Shown piece by piece: positions 11,980 through 24,635 of a DNA stretch of 64,000 nt. The notes under the pieces are model-generated. The model saw nothing but the letters and a program-made list of their open reading frames with translations, searched no databases and was not told the origin of the DNA. The stretch comes from Cenococcum geophilum. Its lineage: Eukaryota. The position numbers and the translations under genes are program-made. The stretch is from the NCBI GenBank assembly GCA_050273025.1, contig CP158635.1, forward strand, positions 27,714,001 through 27,778,000. The letters are read 5' to 3'. Position 1 is the stretch's first letter; each line of letters begins with the position of its first letter.

Positions 11980-14900
11980 AAAGGACCGGAATATAAGCGT
12001 GATATCCTTACCTAATGAAATGTAACTAAGCTACGGACCATAATAGATAAGAACACTAAAAAATCGACCATAGAGTGCCTGCAAATCCTTATTAAAGACC
12101 TCCGCCACCTATAGCACGGTCTTAATATCAAGCTTTAAATGGACGACTTCCTATATAATAAACTTATTACGGCCTGCCAGGAAGTAAAGCCCTATAAGTA
12201 CGCCTGCTATAAGCCTACAGATACCTTAGCTGGCCTCATTAATAACCTACGCTCCTCTATTATAATGTACGAAGTCTTAAACCCACCAGGCAGCACTTAA
12301 GCCTTTATTACGGATATTTAATATCCGTAAATAGACTTAGACATTTACTTTACGGACCGCCGCTACCGCTAGCAGCACCTGTACCGACCAAGTCCTACCT
12401 ATAACCCCCGTAGTAACCCCTGTACGAAAATATACCCCCGCAGACAAACCAGCTAGAAGTGCTTTGTGTGCAGTAAGGAAGAATATTAGTCTATAAGGTA
12501 TACCTGGGAAGAACATAACAAGTCTAGGAAGAGACTTAATAGCCGTATTAACCAGTTTATTTTAGAATACGAAGGAGAGGAAGTAGAAGAGCCCCCTAAT
12601 AAGTTAATAGAAGCCCTTATAATTAACTTTAACTTAGACGCTTAGGAATAAGAGACCTTAAAGACGTTTCTAACTACTTTTAGACCTTTTACGGACAGCT
12701 AAGCCTTTAATATTACGACTGTATTAGCCGACCGCTCCTTTATATACTTACTTACGCCCAAAAACTATCCCATAAGTACCCCCGTTACGGATATTATAGA
12801 TTATAAGTAGAACCTATTTGTATATATTACTATAGAACGCTATACCCCTAAGGAATTCTATAGTGTTATAATCGACATAGGTGCCTCTAAGAAGTCTATT
12901 ATAGGCTATAGATAATACCTCGTATATAGGACCACCATAAATAACAATACGGACATTAATATTACGCAAACTGGGGCCGTAAACGTCTAATTTGGTATCG
13001 GCTTAACCACATTAATTAGATTAGTTAAAGTTAAGACTTTAATTAGCCTAGTTAACTTCTACGTGGTAAAAGCGGATACCCCCTTCCTACTCTATCTTAT
13101 AGACATGGATAGGTTATAGGTGTACTATAATAATGTTACGGATACCCTAATTAGCCCTATAACTGCCCTAGGAAGCAAGCATATTACCCTACTAATTATA
13201 TAATAATTTGGACACCCGTTCCTTATATAAAGAGAGACTTTACGGACCTATATTTAGAAATCTTTTAACTATAACCTATGCTACCTTACTAGTACTAAGA
13301 TCTACCGCCTATACCGCTGTTTCGGCTACTTATTAGCCGAAAAGCTGTATAGAGTCCTTAAACGCTCTAGATATAACAACGTTAATAAAAAGGTAATTAA
13401 CTACCTAACTAAATACTACTTCTTCTGCTAGAAATACGGACGTTCCCTAGGCCGATTTAAGTTTACCCTTTATAAGGACCTTAACTTTAACTACTTAGTA
13501 TACGTAGATATTATATATATTAACGGCAGTCCAGTATTATATATAATCGACGAGGTAACCCGCTATTAAGCCGCCCGTTAGTTGTAAAATATATCCATAA
13601 AATACACTTAGGATATTTTACGGACCTACTGGATTAATATATACGTTGGACCTCCGTAGTATATCACCTATAACGCTAGTAGAAACTTTATTAGCAAGGA
13701 ATTCTAGTAGTATGCTACGGCCATGGCTATATTAACAAAAGCTGTTCTAGTTAAGGCGTACTAGTCCGTTAGGCTTATTAAGTAAGCTTACCTAGCCTTA
13801 TAGAGAGCTTACTAGATCATTACGGACGAGTATAAGGATATTTAAAAGGAACTGGCTTTACAGATAGCCGTAAAAGCTATTAATAACACCGCTAGCCCTA
13901 ATGGACTAGTACCTACCCTCTTAGTTTATAGAGCCTACCTAAGGATAAGTAACCTAGGCCCTCCTACCCCGTCTATTATGGAACAAGTAGCTGCAATATA
14001 GAAGGCAATAACTAAAATAGTTAAGCTATGGGCTAAGTAAGCTATTAATAACGCCCTGTACTACCGTAACGGACCTAACACGACCCTAGTATATAACCTC
14101 CCGCTTAATTCTAAAGTCCTTATATAGCGTAAAAGCGGCAGTTAGAATGGACCTTATTATCTACTAGCTGTAGAAAATGAGACGTGCTGCGTATAGCTTC
14201 CTAGTGGGCTAACTAGCTTTAGAAGCACGTCCGTAAAACCCTACTTTCGGCCCGAAAATACCTATGATATTAAACCAGACGAACTGGAAGTACCCGTTAA
14301 ACTAGACGAACTAGAAGTACCCGCCAAATTAGACGAACTAGAAGCACCCTTGCCTACCCTAAAAGTCCCCTAGAAACCCACTAAACCTACTAAACCTACT
14401 ATAAAGCGTGGTTAAGGATGCCCCTAAAAGCACCCTATAACTAAGAATACCGTAATAGAAAATTACCTAACCTCCGCAGGAATATCCGTAAGGCAATCTC
14501 CGCCTATGGATATATTAGTTCTAGTATAGGAAACCCTGTTTACGGACTTATAATATAAAGAGATTAACGGACTACTTAAAAAGGGTATCTTTATAGTTAT
14601 AACAGAGAAAGACGTCCCGTAAGGCGTCCGTATATTTAACTTACGCTTTATTAATAAGATTAAGCACCCTAGTACTAATAAAGCCTTTAAGAAATTAAGG
14701 CTTATCGTATAAGCTTATAACAATAAGGGAAAGGACTTAGTCCTTATGTAATCGCCTATAATTTAACGAGTTAGCTAATAAATTATACTTGCACTTGCGC
14801 TGGGACTACAGCAAACTAAACCTGTAGCCCTATACTTATGGGATATCTCGCAAGCCTATATGCAGTCTAATATCTACCTAAGTAGGGATATCTTTATACG

Positions 14901-16505
14901 ACTACCCTATAAGCTTAACCTATAACTAGGAATAATTTTATGGGTTGTAAAACCTCTTTACGGAGTACTAGAAGCTAGGAACCACTAGTTTAAGACATAC
15001 TACCAGCATTATGTTAGTAAGCTTAAAATGGAACAGTTAACCTACGACCCCTGCCTTCTATACAGCCCATTAAACGGCCTTAGTATTGTTAGACTTTAAA
15101 CAGATAATACCCTATTCCTAGTAAACTAGACCTTTATAGACGCTAAAGAAACTAAACTATAAAAGGCTAAGTTCCTGGTAAAGCCGTAAGAGTAGTTAAC
15201 TAAGTAGAATCTAATTAAGTTTAATAGAGGCCTAATTACATAAAAGGGTAACCTAATTAAGCTAACTTAGGAACGCTAAGCTTAAAACCTAAAGCTTATT
15301 ATAGCAAAGCCTACGGACCTTACTAGTTCCCGCGGAGAGACCCGTAAGACCGTAAATATAAAGGACTAATACGCTGTATAGCGTATAAGAGGCGCCTATA
15401 TTACCATAGTCTGCTAACCCAAATCTGCCTATAACTTATCCTTTACGGCCTAGGTAGTAGATCTGTAAGAAGAAAATATTAAGTAGCTTAATAAGCGCAT
15501 TTAGTAGTAAATTAATAATGCAGTAAGGGGACTTACTTTTATACCACTAGACCTAAATTCCCTTAGCCTACTAGCATTTACGGACGCCTCCTTTGCTAAT
15601 AATAAAGACCTATTATTATAAATTAGCTTTGTAATTATACTTATAGACCGTAATTAGAACGTAAATATACTATACTAGTCTTTAATTAAGTGCAAATAAG
15701 TAACCTATAGTGTACTAGCTTCTAAACTATATATACTAGCTTATAGATTTAATATAGCAGCTGTAATTAAATTAACGGTCTAGAAGATTCTATAACTGGA
15801 GTAGTTACCCCTAGTTTTATACACTAATTTAAAGTCCCTTTACGATTGCCTAGTTAAACTAGGTATAACATAAGAGAAGAGGCTTATAGTTAACCTAATG
15901 TGCTTATATTAGGCCTATAAACGACGTAAAATTACGGAGGTTAAATGGATTAGTAGTGGAGATAACCTAGCGGACGCTATAACTAAGGTAAAGCCGTATT
16001 AAGCCCTTAAAACCCTAATTAATACAAATAAGCTTAACCTAAAAGTTATAAAATAGGTAGAACGGGACTAACGGAGCACCTATAGTATGTCTACGGCCCG
16101 TTGGAAGGCCGTACGGCTCGTTATACGGTATAGGTGGAAAACAGTAGAAAGCTATAGTGGAATTTGGTGGACTTACGTGACCTGCCGAATTTTATAGGGT
16201 GGTTAAATTAACCAATTACGATTTTCTATCCCTGGGATAGAAAATCGCCATTGGTTCGCTTAGCACTAGCGCCTTAGCGGCCCTTAAAATCTAACTTATA
16301 GCTCGTCTACTGCCCGTTAAAAGGCCGTACGGTTCATTTTACGGACCGTAAGTAGAACTTATGGCTAGCTTAGGGCACCGTTTAGAAGGCAGCCTAGACG
16401 GCACCTTAGGGAGATTTCCTATGTATTTTTCTTTGTGTTCTATGGTTTTATTAAAGTAATTACGGAGGCTGTATATAGGTGGTTTCATTTTTTAAGTACT
16501 GCCAG

Positions 16506-16773
16506 TGTATAATTACAGCACCTGTTATACTAAACGCGTGCTTACGCGTTTGGTACACTAGGTACGCGTTTACGCGTTTAGTGCACTAACTACTCGCTTA
16601 CGCGTCTGGTGCACTTATAAAGCACTAACTAATTAGGGGGGAGGTGCATTAGTATATAGACCACGTAGTCTGCTTTATATAATCGACAGTCACCATCTAA
16701 ACAAGCATACGATACTATATGTATTTCGTGCCCGTAGATACAACTCACTTGTGCTATTAAGTTAGTACGAACA
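16506..16773 (+). repeat. 3' LTR of Copia
   Basis: Direct repeat of 8257-8524, followed by the TSD ATAAC. Confidence 0.95.
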
Positions 16774-18779
16774 ATAACAATAGCGGCTATTGTTCTTTGC
16801 CTTAAGCTACCAACTTTGGGTTTATATTAGTCTATATATAATCTAATAATACCCCTTAGGCTTAAAGATATATTAGCTGCCCCTAGTATATCTAGTAAAG
16901 ATAGTAGGATTAAGTTAAGTATTATATAAAGCCTTATATTAGATATAATTAAGAGAATTTATACAGCTAGCGTTACTTCTATATTTAGAGATAGTAATTA
17001 CTATCCTAAAATGCTAAGTATATATTATCTTAACGTGAATAAGACTAAGTTCTGGCAATTTAGGGCTATATTTAAGGACGAGGGTACTATTAAAGGTATA
17101 TATAGCGTCCATAAAAGTATATTCCTAAATTAGCTTAGTTTATAGGCACTAGAAGACCCTACTAAAGCTAGGGCTATCTATAACGACTTTTATAATTAGT
17201 TTTAGCTTATCTATAGAGACTAACTTATAGCACGCTATATTAGGGCTGTTAAAAATGAGTAAACCTAGGCACGCTGACTATATAACCGACGGGATTAGCT
17301 TTTTAGTTTACCTATATAGTTCCATTTCCAGATAAACCTACTAAATACTATTATCCGTATATATTAGGCACCCACTCTTTCTAAAAAGGAGGCTTATTAT
17401 TGCCTATAGGCTAATACTACTATATAGGGCCGCAGTTAGTGTAGTTAGGAGAATGCTAAATACTACCTAATAGAACCAATTATTGCGCAGGGCTTTATAG
17501 CGCGCGTAGTTGCATTATTTTACGCGGCGATGCGATGTAGGGGTTACCTTATTGCCTCTAGTAGAGACTTCTTTAAGCGAATAGACCACGTTACTAACGC
17601 TATTAATTCCCTTATACTGGATTAATTTTTAAAACTTGTGGAAGACGTCCATCTAGCCGCATTTATATTAGATATATAGAATGGCAATAGTTCTACTAAG
17701 CAACTATATAACGATATTAAATTCCGGATAATATATCGTATGCTTTAAGAGGTTAAGCTATTTTTATCTATTTGGTATGCTGTTAAATATATAGATATAG
17801 GTATGCTAAGGCACTTTATTAACCCTCTTATTATCTACTTTTTTAGCGCGTCCTAGCATAACTATAGCCGCGAGATGTTATTCTATTGGTAGAATCTCTC
17901 CCTAGTAAATACGCCTAAGTTATAGCATGTAATACTATTCTCTAGGCTTATAAACTGGCTTAGTAGGGCAACTATACACAAAGCAATTAACCTTAGGCTT
18001 AAGCATCTTAATAGTAGCTATAAGATTGAAATAAAGTATTATAAGAACTTAACCTATAATGCGGATATTATATTTAACTAAGTATGTCTATTAAATACTT
18101 AGGTTAGAACTTTATGTAAAAGACTAAAGGCTATATTTAGCGAGCATATGCCCGGGAGTTATACTACTACTATAGTATTACTGGATATGTTTTTACTTAC
18201 TTATACTCTCTTTACTTTAGATTTGGCTAAACCGCGGAGTACTAAGTAATTAGCTAGTATAAAGTTCTTTAATTCTTCTAATATCTTATAAGAAGGTATT
18301 AGGGTGCTAGTGGATAAGGTTAATTAGTTTAACTAATAGTATATTTAACAATTAAATGTAATTAGAGGGTCGTATCCTTTTAAGACTATTAATAATACTA
18401 ATAGATTTACTAATATAGAAGACTATGCTAACTAGGTTAGAGAGGGGTTAGATAGGGTTATTAATCCGACGATTAACCTTATAGGAATTAGGACGGCTAA
18501 CTAATTTCTAAACTCCTATAAACTTTTATAAACTCCTACAAACTCTTAGACAAATTAAATGCTTATATTTATCAATGCTCTAAGCTAGTATACTAGTAGT
18601 AACTTTCTTAGGTTAAATTTACTTAATCCTTAAACTCCTATAAACTCTTATAAACTCCTATAAACTCCTAGATTATATAAACTTGTGTATAAACTTTTAT
18701 ATGAAATTTTATATAAGATAATAATAGAACCCGGTAACTGTATTTAACTACTATTTACTTATACTACCTACTAGGTAAC

Positions 18780-20117
18780 TTTAGGGCTTCTATAACGCCT
18801 TATAGTTAGGCCCGCACTAAATAGTACCGTCGTTTAAAATTACCCCTTAGATTGATATAGCTAGATTAAAGCTTGCCTATAAAGGATGCCTTATAGTTAA
18901 GCCTGCACTAGATAGTGTTATTAACTGGGTTTTACCCCTTAGATTAACACAACTGGATTAAAGCTTACCTATAAAGAATATGCTATAAAAGCTGCTACTT
19001 TAGTATACCGGAGTGCTAGAAAATAACGCTAACCTACCCCTCCCTTTACCTCTACCCCCCTTCCCCTTACGCTGTAATGCCACTACTGCCAGGACCTAGT
19101 GGTGGACTATTAGACGGCTTATACGCCGCTAAAGACCTTAGCCTAGGAGGTGGGGGTAAGGGATCCTTAGGGTCCTTACGCCTATGCTTTAAGAGGCTAC
19201 ACCCGCTAGAGCGGGCCGCTACTTAGTAGCGAGCGTAGGTATTCCTAGGCCTGCTTACCTGCTATATACCCTTTTTAGAGTATACCTAATACTTATCGCC
19301 TAAGGCTTAGTAGGCAGTGCATTGCTTACCACCTACTAACTCCACCCCTAACTCCGTCTCTATTATCCGGCTAATATAGCCCTAGTCTCTCTGCTTATTC
19401 GGCCCTATAGCCGCTAACCCCGCCGCTAACTGCGACTACTATTTACCTTAGGCGGTAGGGGCGTATATAGTAGTTATCTTGCTATAGGGGGCCTAAGCCC
19501 ACAGTAGGTAGACGGGGTTAGCGCGCTGGGTAAGGGCAAACCTGGTAGTAGTAAAGGTAGGTAGCGGGAGGGTAGGTAGTAGGGGAAGGGTTAGGGCGGA
19601 AGCTAGAGCCGGAGCCGGGGCTAGGGCTAGGGTTGGTAATGGTAATAGTGGTGGTGGTCTATAAATATATATAAGCTAAGTATATACTATATAGTTATTA
19701 ATACTTACAGCTCCTTTTTTAACTCCCTACCACCAAACCATTTATTCTTATCCTTATCCTTATCCTTATCCTTATTATCGGCGGCGGCGGTAGGCGGCAG
19801 CAGCGGCAGTAGCACTGGCGGCAGCGGCGGCGGCGGAGGAGGTAGTGGTAGTGCTGCTACTACTGCTGCTGTCGCTGCTGCTGCTACTACTAGGGGGGGA
19901 GGATAGTAGCAAGGGCGAGGGCAAGGGCGCCTATTAAATCCAGTTAGTTATATCTTATAGTTAATAGTTAGAGTTCTAATACTAATTATGTCTTAATATA
20001 AATTCTACTAGACCGAAGCTAGCGATAATAAAGGAGGGCTGTAGCCCGTAGTATTCTCTCCTTATTAAGGAGGACGTTAGGGGGGTGCGCACGCACTTAG
20101 AAAGTAGGAGGAGACAT
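18780..20117 (-). pseudogene. Third gene of the AcademH-like element: Pro/Ser/Ala-rich protein with a six-cysteine Zn-cluster-like motif (RIP-inactivated)
   Basis: ATG at 20117 (MSPPTF..RAHPP) and GC-rich low-complexity exons. 19200-19327 de-RIPs to C-x2-C-x6-C-x17-C-x2-C-x8-C. The 3' end is approximate. Confidence 0.5.
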
Positions 20118-20409
20118 TTTAAAAGCTTTTTATTAATAAAAAAAAGCTTTAATAGGAGATGGTTAATAGATATAAGTATAAAAAAGAAATTTTTATAAGG
20201 TTAAAGATATTATTAAACGAAATTTTAATTTTAATTTATATTTACTTTAATATTCTTAATTTTCTAAACTACTACAAACTCCTAGGCTAATTAAAAACAA
20301 CATACTATCTCCTGCAAACTCCTACAACCTCCTACGAACTCCTAGGCTAATTAAAAATAATATACTATCCCCTGTGAACTCCTATAAACTCCTAGGCCAA
20401 TTAAATATA

Positions 20410-23244
20410 TTTAATACGAAAGTTTTTATTACCCTTTAAAGTCGCATGCCTTATACGCCCTCTCTTTAAAACAGGTATAAAGGTTAGTATTTTATCTGTA
20501 TTTAAATCTCTCTCTACTAATAACAACCGACGTATTAATGGGGTAGTAGGCTCTAAACTATTACGCCTTTACCTTTATCTTTTTTAACTAAAAGTAGCAC
20601 TTTTCTATATATCTAATACATTAATAATTAGCTACTGGATATTTAACTAGCTGTTATTAGGACTATACCTAGCGACGTTTACTCCTAAGATATAAGCTTA
20701 TTTAAGCTATCTTATAGCACGTTAAATACCTTCTAATATACTATTAGGTGGAACAGGTAAGGCTAGTAATGGCGATACTAGCGTATTAATAACTCTATTA
20801 ACCCATTCTTCTAGTTATAAGGTTAACGGCGGTATACCAACTCTCGCTATACCTAACGACGTATATTTATTAGCTCTAGCCGTCTTAATTGCGCGTAGCT
20901 ATATAGCCCTTAACACCTCTCGTCTCGCAACCTATATGGCAAAAGTATCGTCCCTTTTACGAATGGTTGCGGTGTAATTAAATACACTAGTATAAGATTC
21001 CTAACTATGCTAGCCTTATAGCTCCTATTACTGCTATTACTACTATTATTACTTTCTTATATATCTTATAGCCTTTATCTTAGTATGTAAATCGTTAACC
21101 TCCTTAATAAAGTACTAAAGTTGCTCTACTAATAGTCGCCTAGCCTCTTCTCTATAAGGCCATATCTAAAGTAGAGGAGCTTTAGTATAGAGATAATTAA
21201 AGGTAAGTATATCCTAGAAGTCTGGCCCTAGTTTATACACGTATGCAAGCTACTAGCGGTATATTTTATTTATATACCTATTTAGTGGCATAAGAAAGCG
21301 CCTACCTGCGCTATATAATACTTCCGCTTATATAGTTATCCATTTATTAATAAGAGTTAGGGTAAAATAAGGTCGCGAACCGCCTTTTAGCTAAATAATT
21401 AGTAGTAGGACATCTAAAGCCTAGGTAAGAGTTAAAAGTAGTGCCGGATTATAATAACTATAATATTAATCTAGCGGTACGCAAGTAACCTAAACTTATA
21501 GCAGTAACTTATCCTTGCCGAGGTAAGTTAGAAAGGCCTTCTAATAGCATATACCGTTAATTATTTCTATTTATATAGCTAACAGCCTAGCGCGATAAGA
21601 CATTTCTGCCTTATTTTAAAATTTAGTTATTATAGCTTTATTAATAGGAGTAGGAGCCTAGCTTAAAGCTAATATCTAAGAGGAAACACTTTCTATATTA
21701 CTTGCGTTGCTGGGCGTATAGCTATTAGCTAGTTAACTACGTGCTATTATTTAATTAGCTAGTAGTTAATTCTAATATAGCCTATAAGTAGTCTTTTAAG
21801 GTACGTCTAGTTATAACTATAGCTATTTAATTTCTGGTTTATTAACACCTTCTATATTAAAGGCCCAATACAGCAGAAATATGTAACCTTTGCTAGTTTA
21901 ACTATAGCCCCGTCCACCGCGACTAAGACGCTGCTAATAATCTATAAGACTCTTTATAATTAGAAACTTTTAAAGCGCTACCTATTTAATATTTAGGACA
22001 TTAATACCCATGCTAAGAGAGATTATTGCTACTATAATCCTTATAAACGATAAGGATTTCTTAAACTCTTTATATCAAGTAGTACGATTATACTCTTAAA
22101 TATATATAGTATACATCTAGACTATATTAGTAACGTAATAGGCTTTACCATCAGCATTTGTAGTATACTATTTATTAGGTATAAAGGTTAAAGTCTTTAT
22201 AAGAAGTGCTTTTTGGAAGTATACCGCTACTTTTTAAACGGACCGACGACCGTCTATAAAGATAATCGTCTTTAGTATTTACTCTAGGACTGCGGTATCT
22301 AAATCTATATACGTATCTAATAGGAAGTATAGTACGTCCTATAAATCCACCTTGCCTTTACTAAGCGGCAGTACGCAGATTAAGACATTAGGGCGATCTA
22401 TAAAAGTTCTAATAACCTTAGTTTGGTATATACGACTACTAATAAAGCAAAAACCGGCGTTCTAAAGAACTAGTTACTCTGCCTTCTTATTAAGTATAGC
22501 TAAACAACTAAACCAAACTATATCCTAACGAAGAATTGTCCGTAGCTCGCCTATTATAGTAAACGCTAGTTAGAACGTTTCCTATTGCTTTACTAGATAA
22601 CACTTATTAATTATAATAAGTCTAATCCTAGCCTGTAGTTTTAGGCTCTTTAACGCAGCCCGGAAAGACTTTAATAAGGCCTACTTAGGACTAAGAAGAA
22701 CGTGTATATACACATCATCCTTTACCTTTATAATTAAGGCCTTATCTACAATCCTACTCTTAGCAGTAATAAGACATAGATTAGAACCATTAAGCTTCTA
22801 GATATTATCTAACTGCTTATCCCTAAGCTTACTTAATAGGACCAACTGGATAGTAATCTTGCCCATTAAGATTAAAAAAGTATAAAAAATAAGACTCTTT
22901 CTAAAACCGGTGCGTGCAATAAGAAGTATATTACTAAAACTAAATATTAGATGTCTTAAGGTGCGCACCTACTCCGGATAAAGGGTCTAAGGGCGGCCTC
23001 CTGGGTTTATATACTGGAGTATTTATTTAAGATATTCTTTTAAAACATTCGTCTATAAAGGAACATTTCCCTTATACTAAGCTTCCTAAATAATAGACGG
23101 CAATTCTTCTAGATCTATCTAATCGATTGCTGTAATACGACTTGGTTGCAGTATTAGGCGTAAATAAGCTTCTACCCCGCCTATCCCCGCCTTCTACCGG
23201 CCGCCCTTATACTATTTCTTCCTATAATTACGGTTAGGCGGCAT
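20410..23244 (-). pseudogene. RecQ-like SF2 (DECH-box) helicase, RIP-inactivated
   Basis: Walker A LIARTGF(G)KSL at ~22895-22925 and motif II region I(DE)C(H)LVKQ(W)ETF(RP)AF...GELRT at ~22535-22615. Also TSNL.MG-type and QRLSRGGR motifs at ~21920-22030. ATG at 23244. Confidence 0.8.
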
Positions 23245-23870
23245 TTAATTGGCCTAGGAGTTTGCAGGAGTTTATAGGAGTTTATAGGAGTTTATAAAAG
23301 TTGGCAAGAATATAGCCTGGTGGTGTTCTAGCCGGTAATAGGTGTATGTAGTAGGGCAACGCGTCCCAGTGTCCCGCATATAAGCGTTCTAGTTAACCTA
23401 GGAGTTTATAGGAGTTTGTAGGAGTTTATAGGAGGTTATAGAAATTAACTTATAACAAAAAATAGACGTAATATGGTTGTGGTGTAGATAATAGTAGGTA
23501 GAACGTCTGTAGGTAGTATAAAGATGCGTTTTAAAAACGCGTTTAAGGTTTTACGCGCTATATCTCGTGCCTCTAAATGCATTATAATTAGTATTTATAT
23601 ATATAGAATTAAAGGTTATTACCTAAAGATTAAAATGCATTAAATAAAGCGATAATAACTATTAATAGGGCCTCTGTAGAGCCAGTTAAAGCTAAAATAC
23701 GCGATTTAAAACATTCAGTTACCACCAAAGAGACTCCCATAAGCTCTCAGACGCTTTATAGAAGATTGCTAGTGACAGGGGGTGCGCAGGGGGCTAAAAC
23801 TAGTTCACGGTTCTGATTGGTCTAGGAGTTCGCAGGAGTTAGCGTGCGGCCCATGCGTTGCCCCGAGTCA

Positions 23871-24388
23871 CCTGAAATCTTCTGCGAAGCGTCGGATTTA
23901 TGAGATAAAGTCTTGCAGTCTTTCATCATAGTGTGATCCCGTGTTATATTACAGGAGCTATGCTAAGTCTTCGATGACCTAGCAACGAAAATCACACATT
24001 CTTTCCCAATCTTATTCATTTACACAAAAGTATTTCTCCAAGAGCGGAATTAGCGCTTCCTTTATTTGGGTAAAGCTCTCGTCATCGCCACAGTTAACGC
24101 CAGTAACTAAATGTGCAGCACATCTGTCCGCCAAGTCTTTTTCCGGGAAAGATTTTCCGGGAAAGAGAGTATCATGGGTACTTGTCGCAGGCGGACGTCA
24201 GTAAAACCAGCGGCATGGCAAATCTCGGCGGCCTTGCAGAAGAGGTAACCGGCATGACTGATAATCCTAGACCGTGTGCTGAGAGGAGCACGGACCCTAT
24301 TCATTAATCCGAAGACTTCATTGTCTGGTACAGCTTGTACAAGAATGATACAGCTATGCGAAGATGAAGGGTCTTGTCGAACGGACAT
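23871..24388 (-). pseudogene. Probable 5' part of the host gene split by the transposon; lightly RIP-mutated
   Basis: The frame LVTGVNCGDDESFTQIKEALIPLLEKYFC...RRFAEDFR has stops that are all TAA/TAG (compatible with CAA/CAG) and ends at the element edge. Start uncertain. Confidence 0.4.
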
Positions 24389-24635
24389 GTCAAGAATGAG
24401 AACTCTGTTGTATCAAGATAGGCTCTTGAGCCTAAATATTTACAGTCAAACGGCCAAGACACCCCTGATCTATACCCAATATAGACGCGCTAAATTAGTG
24501 AAGTTGTCACGATCGGCCGACATACCCCCTTAACCGTCCACTGACAACCTTGATCTGCAGAATAACCTGTGCCCGAGTCAGACAAAGCCCCCACCCTCGA
24601 GAATTCATATCAATTCAACTAACGCTTCGGATAGA

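Larger units (their letters stand above)
8257..16773 (+). mobile_element. Full-length RIP-degraded Ty1/Copia LTR retrotransposon with ATAAC TSD
   Basis: 268-bp LTRs at both ends. TSD ATAAC at 8252-8256 and 16774-16778. Polyprotein relic ~8969-16071 in the order gag, protease (ID.GAS ~12870), integrase (GRSLGRFKFTL), RT (KPLYGV.EA.NH) and RNase H (FTDASFANNKD, NLADA.TK). Confidence 0.95.
7295..18504 (+). pseudogene. Academ/DUF6589-type transposase, RIP-inactivated, interrupted by Copia 8257-16773
   Basis: De-RIPed motifs IVY(D)NVNFKERKRDE (~8180), WQF.AIF.DEGT (~17055), I(HG)D(Q)L (~17210), (W)FHFQ (~17320) and AI(D)L(G)L(E)HLN (~17985). The reading continues across the Copia TSD. Start and end approximate. 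Confidence 0.7.
6913..23870. mobile_element. AcademH-like large DNA transposon (RIP-degraded): transposase (+), RecQ-like helicase (-), third gene (-); about 8.4 kb without the nested Copia
   Basis: Convergent transposase and SF2 helicase genes. Imperfect terminal inverted repeats (ACTCCTACAAAGTCCTAAGCCAATCAAATC near 6945 vs the reverse complement of 23810-23840). AACTCCTA(C/T)A arrays recur inside. Exact ends are uncertain by about 20 bp. Confidence 0.7.

Noticed and set aside
20410..23244. Helicase as a host RecQ/SGS1 gene, a Helitron or a Starship component
   Set aside because: It is heavily RIPed and enclosed with a transposase by shared repeats. It is SF2 rather than PIF1/Rep, and no DUF3435 captain gene was seen.
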